In this document: positions 1 through 7,789 of the stretch, one piece after another
Position numbering within the stretch: position 1 is the stretch's first letter
Layout: each line of letters opens with the position of its first letter
From: Ktedonobacterales bacterium
GTDB lineage: Bacteria; Chloroflexota; Ktedonobacteria; Ktedonobacterales; JADMIN01
Reading direction: 5' to 3'
Length of the DNA: 32,000 bases
Assembly (NCBI GenBank): GCA_030167145.1
Contig: CP126532.1
Coordinates: 1,680,001 to 1,712,000 of the forward strand
Notes under the pieces: generated by a model
Databases searched by the model: none
What the model saw: only the letters and a program-made list of their open reading frames with translations
What the model was told of the DNA's origin: nothing
Program-made: the position numbers and the translations under genes

Positions 1-788
1 GCGTTGCCACGCCGCCTGAGCCGCCCGCGCAACACGAGCGCGTACAATCAGGAGATGCGGCAGACGCGAATGCTGATGAGACGCTCGTCGTGGAACGTTC
101 CTCTATCACCGGCGCGAACCGGGCCGTGCGCCAGGCATCCAGCCAGCCGAACATCCCAGCGGCTTTACGTTGGGCGGGCGCAGGCGGTATCCTGATCTGG
201 ATAGCGTGTCTTGTCGCGCTGGCGGGCGCGGCGCTGATCTATCCGGTGCTGGCGGCTTCGGCGCGCACCCAGAACTTCTCGTTGCCGCGCGGACTGGACG
301 GCACGGCCTACATGGCGACGGACCCCGTAGACTGGCCAGCGGATTGTTCATTCGTGGGCGCAGGCAGCAACCGCGGCGACAACACCGCCATCGCCTGGCT
401 CAATACGCATGTTAGTGGCTCGCCGGTGATCGTCGAAGCGCCGGGCTGCGAGTGGACGCGCTACAGCCGCATCTCGGCGTTCACCGGGCTGCCCACGCTG
501 CTCGGCTGGCCTGGCGGCCACGAAGGCGAGTGGCGCGCGGGCTGGCTAGCTCAGACTGGCGAGACGAATATTTTCGCGGAGCGGCAGAGCGCGATCAACC
601 AGATCTATACCAATCCCGATGCTGGCGCGGTGCTGGCGCTGCTCCGGCGCTACAACGTTCGATATGTGTACGTCGGCGTGGCAGAGCGCAATCTGTATCC
701 GCAGGCCGACCTGGGGCGCTTCGGCGCATTTCTACAACAAGTCTATGCGCGCGACGGCGTGACAATCTATGCCGTCCCACAGTCATAA
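1..788 (+). CDS. C-terminal part of a DUF2298 / TIGR03662 (Chlor_Arch_YYY) family membrane protein; the 5' end lies outside the window
   Basis: Frame 3 is open from the window edge, with no stop before the GTG at 90. A last TM helix (ILIWIACLVALAGAALIYPVLAA) is followed by a soluble domain with VIVEAPG, RISAFTGLPTLLGWPGGHEGEWR and C-terminal RYNVRYVYVGVAERNLY. I recognise these as typical of this family. Its usual TIGR03663 partner follows directly. Confidence 0.7.
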   Translation, partial: VATPPEPPAQHERVQSGDAADANADETLVVERSSITGANRAVRQASSQPNIPAALRWAGAGGILIWIACLVALAGAALIYPVLAASARTQNFSLPRGLDGTAYMATDPVDWPADCSFVGAGSNRGDNTAIAWLNTHVSGSPVIVEAPGCEWTRYSRISAFTGLPTLLGWPGGHEGEWRAGWLAQTGETNIFAERQSAINQIYTNPDAGAVLALLRRYNVRYVYVGVAERNLYPQADLGRFGAFLQQVYARDGVTIYAVPQS

Positions 789-3699
789 TCTGCAGAGTAG
801 TGAGGATCGTTTGCAAAAGGGTGGGCATATGGCGAACGGAGCAGCAAAGCGAAGCATGAAGGCGCGGCGGCGCTCGCAGCGGAACACCCCGCGCGACCAG
901 CGCATAGGCGACGGACTCGTCCTGTCGGGCGGGGCGGCGGCGCTACCCATGTCAAGCGCCGCACGGGCATCCACGCCGGAGGGATTCGCGTCGTCGGTCT
1001 CCGAACTGCCACCGTCCCCCACCACCGAGCCTGCGGCGACTGAAACGCAGACGCGAGCGAATGGTGCGCGGGACGCGCTGCTGCTGGCGGCTGGGCGGCT
1101 GGGCGACGGTCTGCGCGCCACCGGCCAGCGCATCCGCAATCTGAGCATCGAACAGTGGCTGTGGATCGCGGTGATATTGCTGGGCGCCGTGCTGCGCTTC
1201 TGGGGGCTGGGCGACAAACCGCTGCACCACGACGAGAGCATGCACGCCTACTTCTCGCTGATCTTCGCCGAGAATCCTTCCAGTTACTCCTACGATCCGC
1301 TGCTGCACGGCCCCTTCCAGTTCCACGCCGAAGGGCTGATGTTCGCGATCATCCTCGTCTTGCAACATATCTTCGTGCCGAACCCCGTGGGCAATCCGTG
1401 GATCAACGACACCACGGCGCGCTTCGTACCCGCGCTCTTCGGCATCGGCATCGTGGCGTTGCCCTTCTGGCTGCGGCGCGAGCTAGGGCGCGTGGGCGCG
1501 CTGGTCGCGGCGTTCCTGCTGGCGGTCTCGCCGTCGTTCGTCTATTTCTCGCGCTTTCTGCGCGAAGACATCTATTTCAACTTCTTCATGTTCCTGATGG
1601 TAGTCTGCGCCATCCGCTACGCGCGTGAACGCAGGATGCGCTGGTTCGTCGGTCTCTTTGCGGCGACGATTCTGGCCTACGCTACCTTCGAGGGCATCTT
1701 CCTTACCTTCGTCATCTTCTTCAGCTTCCTGGCCGTTCTGCTCGTCTGGGAGCTGGCCCACAGCCTCGCGCGTGCCTTCGCGCCTGCCTTCACCGAACGC
1801 GAGAGCCTGCTCGTCAGCCGTCTGGCGCTCTTCCTGCTCTTCGGCGCTATCGCCGCTGGCGCGGCCTATATCGCGCTCCACAAGATGAACGAGCTGGCTA
1901 CGTACATCGCAACGAATACGACCAAGACCGATGTGCAGGTGCAGCAGCTTGAGAATACGTCGGTGGCGCTGCTGCTCTATGGCAGCATCGTCATTGCGCT
2001 GCTGGTGATCGGCACATTGCTCTGGCAGATGTATCGTGACGACCCGCGCTCGCGCTATGGCGCCGAAGCGAGTGGACGGTACGCAGAGGAGTACGACGAA
2101 GAGTACAGCGGGCATGAGTTCCACACGCATGAGGACGACGCGGAGGGCGAGCACCAGCACGCACATTTTGCGCACGAGCATCACGAGCATCAGCACGCAC
2201 ATTTTGCGCATGAGTATCACGGGCACGAGCATCACGAGCATCACGACGAAGCGTATCTCGACGAAGATGAGTGGCCGCTTGCGCAGCGCCGCACCCTGTT
2301 CGCGCGCCTGCGCGACCGGCTCGATCCCGATAAACAGCCTTTCCTGCGGCTGCTGCTGGGCATCTCGTGGGTGAAGTGGTTCGTGGCGTTCGTGGTCGCG
2401 TGGATGGTCTTCGCGGTGCTGTACTGGATCGTCCCTGGCGACGCCAATTCGACGGTGAGTTCGTGGGGCCAGGGCTTCCAGGTGGGCATCGGGCGCGGCC
2501 TCTGGCAGGGCCTCTATTACTGGCTGGAACAACAGCATGTGGCGCGCGGCGGCCAGCCGTGGTACTACTATCTGCTGCTGATTCCGCTCTATGAGCAACT
2601 GGCCGTGGTCTTTGGCATCGCGGGCATCGTCTATTCGCTGTTCCGCCCGACGCGCTTCCGCATCTTCCTGATCTGGTGGTTCCTCGGCTCGCTAGCGATC
2701 TATTCGTGGGCGGGCGAGAAGATGCCGTGGCTCAGCATTCACATTCTGCTGCCGCTGATGCTGCTGGCCGCTGTGGCGCTCGATCCGGTGGTGCGCGGCT
2801 GCATGCGTGTGATCGCGCGTGTCGCGCATGATGGCGTACCGGTATCTACGCTGCTCTTGCGCCCAATCGGCAGGGCTGCCAGTTCCATCGCGGCGCTTGT
2901 CGTGCTGCTGCCCGCGCTTGGGGGTGTTGCGGCGCTGTCGCGTCGCAACGAGGGGCTGCGGCCCCGCGCGACGGATCTGCGGGACCGTGCGGATTCGCGA
3001 TATGCCATGCTGCGCGCGACGTCGCTGAAGCCGCATGTGCCGCTGCTTGGCGCGCTGGCCGCTCTCGTGCTGCTGGTGCCGATGCTCTACGGCATGCTGA
3101 CGCTCACCCAGAAAGACGCCGCCAACGCGCCGCACGAGATGATGGTCTACGTGCAGACCTGGACCGATGTGACCAAGATCATGAATCGCATCCAGTACGC
3201 CGATCAGATGATGTACCATGGCCAGCACAAGATTCGTATTGGCGTGGGGCCGGGGATGGAGTGGCCGTTCTACTGGTATCTGCGCGACTACCCGAACGCG
3301 GTCTTCGGCTATCAGGCGCATGATCCCAACGCGCAACCGATGGATGTGCTGATTCTCCAGCCCGCGGGCGACACGTATGGCAACGATGCCCAGGGGTTCG
3401 CGACGGCGCATCCCACCGGCTATTCGATGAAAGAGTATGTGCTGCGCTGGTGGTGGAGCGAAGACTACAAGCCAGTCTACACGCCAAATTCGTCAACGGC
3501 GCAGTGGGGCTTCGGTGTGGGCGTGGGATCGTATCTCAGCTACGGCAGCAACCCGCCGCCGAACGCGAAGTTCAATTTGGGCCGCGCGACCGGACGGTTG
3601 TGGGCTTGGCTCTGGACGCGCCAGGAGCTTGGCGACCCGCACGGCTCGACGGACTTCGTCTTCGTGGTCCGCGATGGCCTGCCTATCTCCGCCAAGTGA
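769..3699 (+). CDS. TIGR03663-family GT-C-like (PMT/ArnT-like) polytopic membrane glycosyltransferase with a low-complexity N-terminus and an internal His-rich insertion
   Basis: 976-aa ORF with many TM helices. The N-terminal motif LRFWGLGDKPLHHDESMHAYFS is typical of TIGR03663/GT-C enzymes. An alternative start is ATG 829 (MANGAAK), preceded by AAAGGGTGGG. Starting at 769 would overlap the upstream gene by 20 nt. Confidence 0.75.
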   Translation: MPSHSHNLQSSEDRLQKGGHMANGAAKRSMKARRRSQRNTPRDQRIGDGLVLSGGAAALPMSSAARASTPEGFASSVSELPPSPTTEPAATETQTRANGARDALLLAAGRLGDGLRATGQRIRNLSIEQWLWIAVILLGAVLRFWGLGDKPLHHDESMHAYFSLIFAENPSSYSYDPLLHGPFQFHAEGLMFAIILVLQHIFVPNPVGNPWINDTTARFVPALFGIGIVALPFWLRRELGRVGALVAAFLLAVSPSFVYFSRFLREDIYFNFFMFLMVVCAIRYARERRMRWFVGLFAATILAYATFEGIFLTFVIFFSFLAVLLVWELAHSLARAFAPAFTERESLLVSRLALFLLFGAIAAGAAYIALHKMNELATYIATNTTKTDVQVQQLENTSVALLLYGSIVIALLVIGTLLWQMYRDDPRSRYGAEASGRYAEEYDEEYSGHEFHTHEDDAEGEHQHAHFAHEHHEHQHAHFAHEYHGHEHHEHHDEAYLDEDEWPLAQRRTLFARLRDRLDPDKQPFLRLLLGISWVKWFVAFVVAWMVFAVLYWIVPGDANSTVSSWGQGFQVGIGRGLWQGLYYWLEQQHVARGGQPWYYYLLLIPLYEQLAVVFGIAGIVYSLFRPTRFRIFLIWWFLGSLAIYSWAGEKMPWLSIHILLPLMLLAAVALDPVVRGCMRVIARVAHDGVPVSTLLLRPIGRAASSIAALVVLLPALGGVAALSRRNEGLRPRATDLRDRADSRYAMLRATSLKPHVPLLGALAALVLLVPMLYGMLTLTQKDAANAPHEMMVYVQTWTDVTKIMNRIQYADQMMYHGQHKIRIGVGPGMEWPFYWYLRDYPNAVFGYQAHDPNAQPMDVLILQPAGDTYGNDAQGFATAHPTGYSMKEYVLRWWWSEDYKPVYTPNSSTAQWGFGVGVGSYLSYGSNPPPNAKFNLGRATGRLWAWLWTRQELGDPHGSTDFVFVVRDGLPISAK
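2155..2244 (+). repeat. In-frame tandem duplication (36-nt period) encoding a His-rich acidic loop
   Basis: cagcacgcacattttgcgcacgagcatcacgagcat (2155-2190) is followed by cagcacgcacattttgcgcatgagtatcacgggcac (2191-2226), then gagcatcacgagcatcac. These encode QHAHFAHEHHEH / QHAHFAHEYHGH / EHHEHH within the stretch GHEFHTHEDDAEGEH...HHDE. Confidence 0.9.
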
Positions 3700-3786
3700 T
3701 GGCGTTAGTTGGGCGGAAGCGGCGAGCGGGCGGTTGAAACCGCGCCTGAATGGCTTCCAGCCGCGAAACCCGCCTGCGCGGGTTGG

Positions 3787-3842
3787 GGACGGACATGCCT
3801 GTCTGTCCTTCAATTGCGCTGACAGACAAGAATGTCTGTCCT
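3787..3842. promoter_or_regulatory. Two tandem near-identical palindromes or stem-loops (GGACRGACA-N4-TGTCTGTCC) in the intergenic region upstream of rnc
   Basis: H1 is GGACGGACA (3787-3795), tgcc, TGTCTGTCC (3800-3808). H2 is (t)GACAGACA (3821-3828), agaa, TGTCTGTC(C) (3833-3841). The 10-mer TGTCTGTCCT recurs at 3800 and 3833, 33 nt apart. The 3800-3807 arm could also pair with 3821-3828. Confidence 0.5.
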
Positions 3843-3896
3843 ACCAGTGGGGGTAATTCCGGCCCGCCATAGTTAATCCTGCTAATTGGATAGAGC

Positions 3897-4646
3897 ATGA
3901 CACAGAACGAAGCCACAAATGGCAGTGCTGGCGGCACATCGGACGCCGCATGGGAAACGCGGCTGGGCGCGCTGGAGCAGCGGTTGGGTGTGCAATTCCA
4001 CGACCGCGCACCCCTACGCCGCGCGCTCACGCACCACTCCGCCGTGCCCGATACACCGCAGCGCGATTCCTACGATACACTCGAATTCCTGGGTGACGCG
4101 CTGATTGGCGCGCGGGTGGTGGAATATCTCTTCCACACCTATCCCGACGCGACGGAGGGCGAACTGACCGCGCTCAAGTCTGAGGTGGTGAGCCGCCGCG
4201 TGCTGGCGCGCATTGGACTGCGACTGGGGCTGGACGCCTTCGTGCGCGTGGATATCGCCAGCCTGCGGACCTTCAACGAGCGTTCGCGTGAATCGCTCTG
4301 CGCCGATGTGCTCGAAGCGCTGGTCGCGGCGATTCATCTGGATCAGGGGCGCGACGCGGCGGAAGCCTTCATCAGCCGCGAGATTCTGCCCGTCATCCCG
4401 GAGGTGCGGGCGACGCTTGGCGAGCAGAACCCCAAAGGCGCGCTGCAACAACATCTGCTGCGCCAGATGAGCATCATCCCTCGCTACGAACTATTGGCCG
4501 AAGGCGGCGCGGCCAACGACCGGCGCTATACCGTCGGCGTTTACGCGGGCGAGCAACTGCTGGCAACCGGCAGCGGCGCCAGCATCAAGGAAGCGGGACG
4601 CGATGCCGCGCGCAATGCGCTCGCGGGCGACATTCCAGCGGAGTAG
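3897..4646 (+). CDS. rnc: Ribonuclease III
   Basis: RNase III signature ETLEFLGDALIG. It has a catalytic-domain layout and a C-terminal dsRBD (NPKGALQQHL...YTVGVYAGEQLLATGSGASIKEAGRDAARNAL). Confidence 0.95.
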   Translation: MTQNEATNGSAGGTSDAAWETRLGALEQRLGVQFHDRAPLRRALTHHSAVPDTPQRDSYDTLEFLGDALIGARVVEYLFHTYPDATEGELTALKSEVVSRRVLARIGLRLGLDAFVRVDIASLRTFNERSRESLCADVLEALVAAIHLDQGRDAAEAFISREILPVIPEVRATLGEQNPKGALQQHLLRQMSIIPRYELLAEGGAANDRRYTVGVYAGEQLLATGSGASIKEAGRDAARNALAGDIPAE

Positions 4647-4649
4647 CGT

Positions 4650-4672
4650 GCCGCCACTATCCCTGTGGCGGC
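4650..4672 (+). terminator. Stem-loop immediately after the rnc stop, overlapping the 3' end of convergent ylxR
   Basis: GCCGCCAC (4650-4657), tatccct, GTGGCGGC (4665-4672), followed by gccttctt, which is only a weak U tract. Confidence 0.4.
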
Positions 4673-5037
4673 GCCTTCTTCGCGCGGCTGCTCTGCGCTG
4701 GAGCGGGCGGGGCTTCGGCTGGCAGCGTGGCAAGGTACGCTTCAAGCGCCGCGCGGTCTTCTTCTAGCAGCGTCAACTCGAATTCACGCTCCAGCCGCCC
4801 CTTGTGCAGAGCCGGTTCCCAGCACGAGCGTTTGGCGCAAAGGTATGCTCCCCGCCCCGACTTCTTCCCTGTCGGATCGAGTTCGACGTGACCCGAGGGC
4901 GTGCGCACCACGCGGATCAACTCGCGCTTGGGGCGGACCTGCTTGCACGCGATACACGTGCGCTCAGGCACATGGCGCGGCTTGGGCTGCTGTTTGCGTT
5001 TTGCTGGCATATTCGCCGTGTTCGCCACATTTGCCAT
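4657..5037 (-). CDS. ylxR: YlxR/RnpM family (DUF448) RNA-binding protein
   Basis: Motifs ERTCIACKQVRPKRELIRVV and GRGAYLC. It sits 3 nt downstream of nusA, the canonical nusA-ylxR arrangement. Confidence 0.9.
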   Translation of the reverse strand: MANVANTANMPAKRKQQPKPRHVPERTCIACKQVRPKRELIRVVRTPSGHVELDPTGKKSGRGAYLCAKRSCWEPALHKGRLEREFELTLLEEDRAALEAYLATLPAEAPPAPAQSSRAKKAPPQG

Positions 5038-5040
5038 ACA

Positions 5041-6192
5041 TCAGCCCTCCACACGCTCGGCGCTTTCAAGCTGCGCCACTTCAGGCTCAGGTTCGGCGCT
5101 CACCTCCACCTGTTCGGGCGCGGCATCGTTGCCGTTCTCCGACGGACGCAGCACGTCAATCCGCCAGCCAGTTAGCCGCGCCGCCAGCCGCGCGTTCTGG
5201 CCATCCTTGCCGATGGCCAGCGAGAGCTGTCGCTCTGGCACCGTCACCAGCGCGGTATGGTCCGCCTCGCGCAGTTCCACCTTCAGCGGCTTCACCGGGC
5301 TGAGCGCATTGGCGACGAATTGTTCCGGGTCGGGATCCCAGAGGATGATGTCCACTTTCTCCCCGCCTAGCTCATTGACGACGTTGTTGATGCGCGTGCC
5401 GCGGACCCCGACACACGCGCCAATCGGGTCAATGTTCTCTTGCCGCGCCCAGACCGCCACCTTGGAGCGGCTCCCTGGCTCGCGCGCAATCGCCTTGACC
5501 TCGACCTGCCCATTGAAGATCTCCGGCACTTCTAACTCGAAGAGCCGCTTGATGATATTGCGATGCGTGCGCGAGACCAGCGCCAGCACGCCACGCCCGC
5601 CGCCGCGCTTCAGGTCATAGACGTAGACGCGCAGCCGCTGGCCCACGCGCAGCCGCTCGGCTGGCGTATGCACCTGCTCGGCATAGGGCAGCGCACCCTC
5701 GATCTTGCCCAGGTCCAGAATCCACATCGCTTCGCCCCGGCTGCGTGGATTCGGGTCAGGCTCACGGCGAATGATCGTGCCCATCACCATGTCGTCAATC
5801 CGGTCCTTGAACGACTCGAAGAGATAATCCTGTTCCGCCTCGCGGATGCGTTGCAGGATGATCTGCTTGGCTGTCTGCGCCGGAATGCGGTTGAAGATCT
5901 GCGGCGAATCAACCTCCATGTACTGGCCCAGCGCCGCATGCGGATCAATCTGCTGCGCCTCAGCCAGCGAGATCTCTTCCGCCGTATTCTGCGCCTGCGC
6001 CACCACTTTGCGGTTCGCCCAGACATGCACATCGCCGCTGCGCGCGACCTCGATGCGAACATTTTCGCCGCCATCGGTGGTCTTGCGATAGGCAGCCAGG
6101 AGGGCGTTGGCGACTGCTTCCATCACCACGTCCTGTGGCAACCCCTTTTCATGGATAAGCTGGGCTATCGCCGCCTGAAATTCTGTCCTCAT
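5041..6192 (-). CDS. nusA: Transcription termination/antitermination factor NusA
   Basis: N-terminus MRTEFQAAIAQLIHEKGLPQDVVMEAVANALLAAYRK, then S1 and KH regions. Start moved to ATG 6192, which is preceded by GAGGAGGGGG plus 5 nt. The ORF-track start at 6219 lacks an RBS. Confidence 0.95.
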   Translation of the reverse strand: MRTEFQAAIAQLIHEKGLPQDVVMEAVANALLAAYRKTTDGGENVRIEVARSGDVHVWANRKVVAQAQNTAEEISLAEAQQIDPHAALGQYMEVDSPQIFNRIPAQTAKQIILQRIREAEQDYLFESFKDRIDDMVMGTIIRREPDPNPRSRGEAMWILDLGKIEGALPYAEQVHTPAERLRVGQRLRVYVYDLKRGGGRGVLALVSRTHRNIIKRLFELEVPEIFNGQVEVKAIAREPGSRSKVAVWARQENIDPIGACVGVRGTRINNVVNELGGEKVDIILWDPDPEQFVANALSPVKPLKVELREADHTALVTVPERQLSLAIGKDGQNARLAARLTGWRIDVLRPSENGNDAAPEQVEVSAEPEPEVAQLESAERVEG

Positions 6193-6373
6193 CGGTTCCC
6201 CCTCCTCTTGGCGCTCCACGGGCGTCGTCGCAACGCGAGCATCCGCTGCGCATAATACCGAAGGCGTGAGGTTGCCCCACGCCTCCCGAATCGCTGCCAG
6301 GTTGCCATACGTTGCCGAACACGACTACACGGCGCTCGCGCCGACCTCAGCAAAAATGCGTGCTTCTCGTCCT

Positions 6374-6404
6374 AAGCAAAAGAAAAGTGGGCGAAACCCA
6401 CTTT
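6374..6404 (-). terminator. Intrinsic-terminator-like hairpin with U tract in the nusA leader (attenuator candidate)
   Basis: The minus-strand RNA is AAAGUGGG-UUUCG-CCCACUUU followed by UCUUUUGCUU. It lies about 180 nt upstream of the nusA ATG and about 25 nt downstream of the predicted TSS of the promoter at 6434-6462. Confidence 0.5.
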
Positions 6405-6433
6405 CCCTGTCGCCAACTATCAGTTCTGCGCTC

Positions 6434-6462
6434 AGTATATCACCTGGGCAACGGCAAAGCAA
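6434..6462 (-). promoter_or_regulatory. Sigma-70-type promoter with extended -10, reading toward nusA
   Basis: On the minus strand: TTGCTT (6462-6457), 17 nt, TG-a-TATACT (-10 at 6439-6434). Confidence 0.5.
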
Positions 6463-6506
6463 AGGTGCGCTCACGCAAGATCTCGCCCGCCCGCACGCCC
6501 GCATGT

Positions 6507-6535
6507 TTGACGCCTTGCTGGCGGCCACGTATAAT
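6507..6535 (+). promoter_or_regulatory. Near-consensus sigma-70 promoter for the acyl-CoA dehydrogenase gene
   Basis: TTGACG (6507-6512), 17 nt, TATAAT (6530-6535). It is about 70 nt upstream of ATG 6607. Confidence 0.65.
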
Positions 6536-6606
6536 TTTGGGCAGTGTCCTGTGGCACGGACGTGACTGCGACGGGCGCCACGCAACTGCACGCAAAGGAG
6601 CGTACA

Positions 6607-7746
6607 ATGGCCGTTGAAATATCCGCTGACGAGAAGATGATGCTCGACATGGTGCGCGAGCTAGCCCACGATAAGGTCGCGCCACGCGCCGCTGAGATTG
6701 ACGCCAAGGGCGAATTCCCCTGGGATATGAAAGAACTGCTCGCCAAGCAAGACATCCTCGCCATGCCATTCCCCGAAGAGTACGGCGGCCTCGGTTCCAG
6801 CGAGCTGAGCATCTTGATGACCATCGAAGAGCTATCGAAATCGTGCGCCACCACGGCGCTGCTGCTCTGCGTGCAGCAGCTTGGCTCGCTGCCGATCTTG
6901 CTGGCGGGCAACGACGAGCAGAAGCAGCGTTTCATTCCGCGCCTCGCCACCGGCGAGTGGCTTGCCGCCTTCGCGCTGACCGAACCAGGCTCCGGCTCCG
7001 ACGCTGGCGCGATGCGCACGCGGGCCGAACGGCGTGGCGACACGTGGGTGCTCAACGGCCTCAAGCACTTCATCACCAACGCGGGCATCGCCCACATCAA
7101 CACGGTGTTTGCCATCACCGAAGACGAACATGGCAAGCGCTCTACCAGCCTCTTCGTCGTCGAAGCCGACCGCCCTGGCTTCCGCATGGGCAAAATCGAG
7201 AACAAGATGGGCATCCGTGGCTCGCAGACCGGCGAACTGGTCTTCGAGGATTGCGTCATCCCCGCCGAAAACCTCATCGGCAAGGTGGGCGACGGCTTCA
7301 AGATTGCCCTCGCCACCCTGGATCGCACCCGCCCCGGCATCGCCGCCCAGGCGCTCGGCATCGCCCAGGGCGCGCTGGATTTCGCCGTGCAGTACGCCAA
7401 AGAGCGTGTGCAGTTCGGCAAGCCCATCATCGAGAACCAGGCGATTCAGTTCATGCTGGCGGATATGGACATCAAAGTAGAAGCCGCGCGCCGCCTGGTG
7501 TATCATGTCGGCGAATTGATGGACGCCGGTGTGTCGCGCTTCACCCGCGAATCGGCTATCGCCAAGACCTACGCCTCGGATATCGCGATGGAGGTCACCA
7601 ACGACGCGCTCCAGATTCTCGGCGGCTACGGATATATGAAAGAGTTTCCCGTCGAGCGGATGATGCGTGACGCCAAGATCTGTCAGATCTACGAGGGCAC
7701 CAATCAGATTCAGCGCATGGTGATCGCGCGAGCGCTGACAAAATAA
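6607..7746 (+). CDS. Acyl-CoA dehydrogenase (short/medium-chain, butyryl-CoA dehydrogenase-like)
   Basis: Motifs FALTEPGSGSDAGAM, GIRGSQTGELVFEDC and QIYEGTNQIQRMVIAR. Start set at ATG 6607 (MAVEIS), preceded by AAAGGAG plus 6 nt. The ORF-track start at 6544 falls at the predicted TSS. Confidence 0.95.
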   Translation: MAVEISADEKMMLDMVRELAHDKVAPRAAEIDAKGEFPWDMKELLAKQDILAMPFPEEYGGLGSSELSILMTIEELSKSCATTALLLCVQQLGSLPILLAGNDEQKQRFIPRLATGEWLAAFALTEPGSGSDAGAMRTRAERRGDTWVLNGLKHFITNAGIAHINTVFAITEDEHGKRSTSLFVVEADRPGFRMGKIENKMGIRGSQTGELVFEDCVIPAENLIGKVGDGFKIALATLDRTRPGIAAQALGIAQGALDFAVQYAKERVQFGKPIIENQAIQFMLADMDIKVEAARRLVYHVGELMDAGVSRFTRESAIAKTYASDIAMEVTNDALQILGGYGYMKEFPVERMMRDAKICQIYEGTNQIQRMVIARALTK

Positions 7747-7789
7747 GCGTCGTGTCGGGAAATGTTGTCGTGAGTGGTGAGGGGGAATC

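Noticed and set aside
2155-2244. The tandem repeats here and at 25251-25295, considered as a CRISPR array or non-coding VNTR
   Set aside because: Both are in frame within coding genes (the His-rich loop and the Ffh GGM tail). The units abut without spacers and are far shorter than CRISPR repeats.
1483-3411. Minus-strand ORFs 1483-2598 (371 aa) and 2692-3411 (239 aa)
   Set aside because: Both are antisense to the polytopic GT-C-like gene. They have no TM or catalytic motifs and an Arg/His/Gln-rich composition.
4657-6192. Absence of rimP upstream and infB downstream of nusA-ylxR, considered as a sign of rearrangement or truncation
   Set aside because: Both genes are intact with normal starts and stops. 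Operon composition varies between phyla, and nothing in the sequence (no repeats, no gene fragments) indicates a recent disruption.
6544-6606. Extended N-termini given by the ORF track: acd from 6544, kinase from 22132, MCP from 28227, ldt from 25434, XRE from 30823, sigma from 20976 and DGPF from 21459
   Set aside because: In each case an internal start has a good Shine-Dalgarno sequence and matches the family's usual N-terminus. The longer version overlaps a neighbouring gene or promoter and adds Arg/Pro-rich sequence that is not protein-like.
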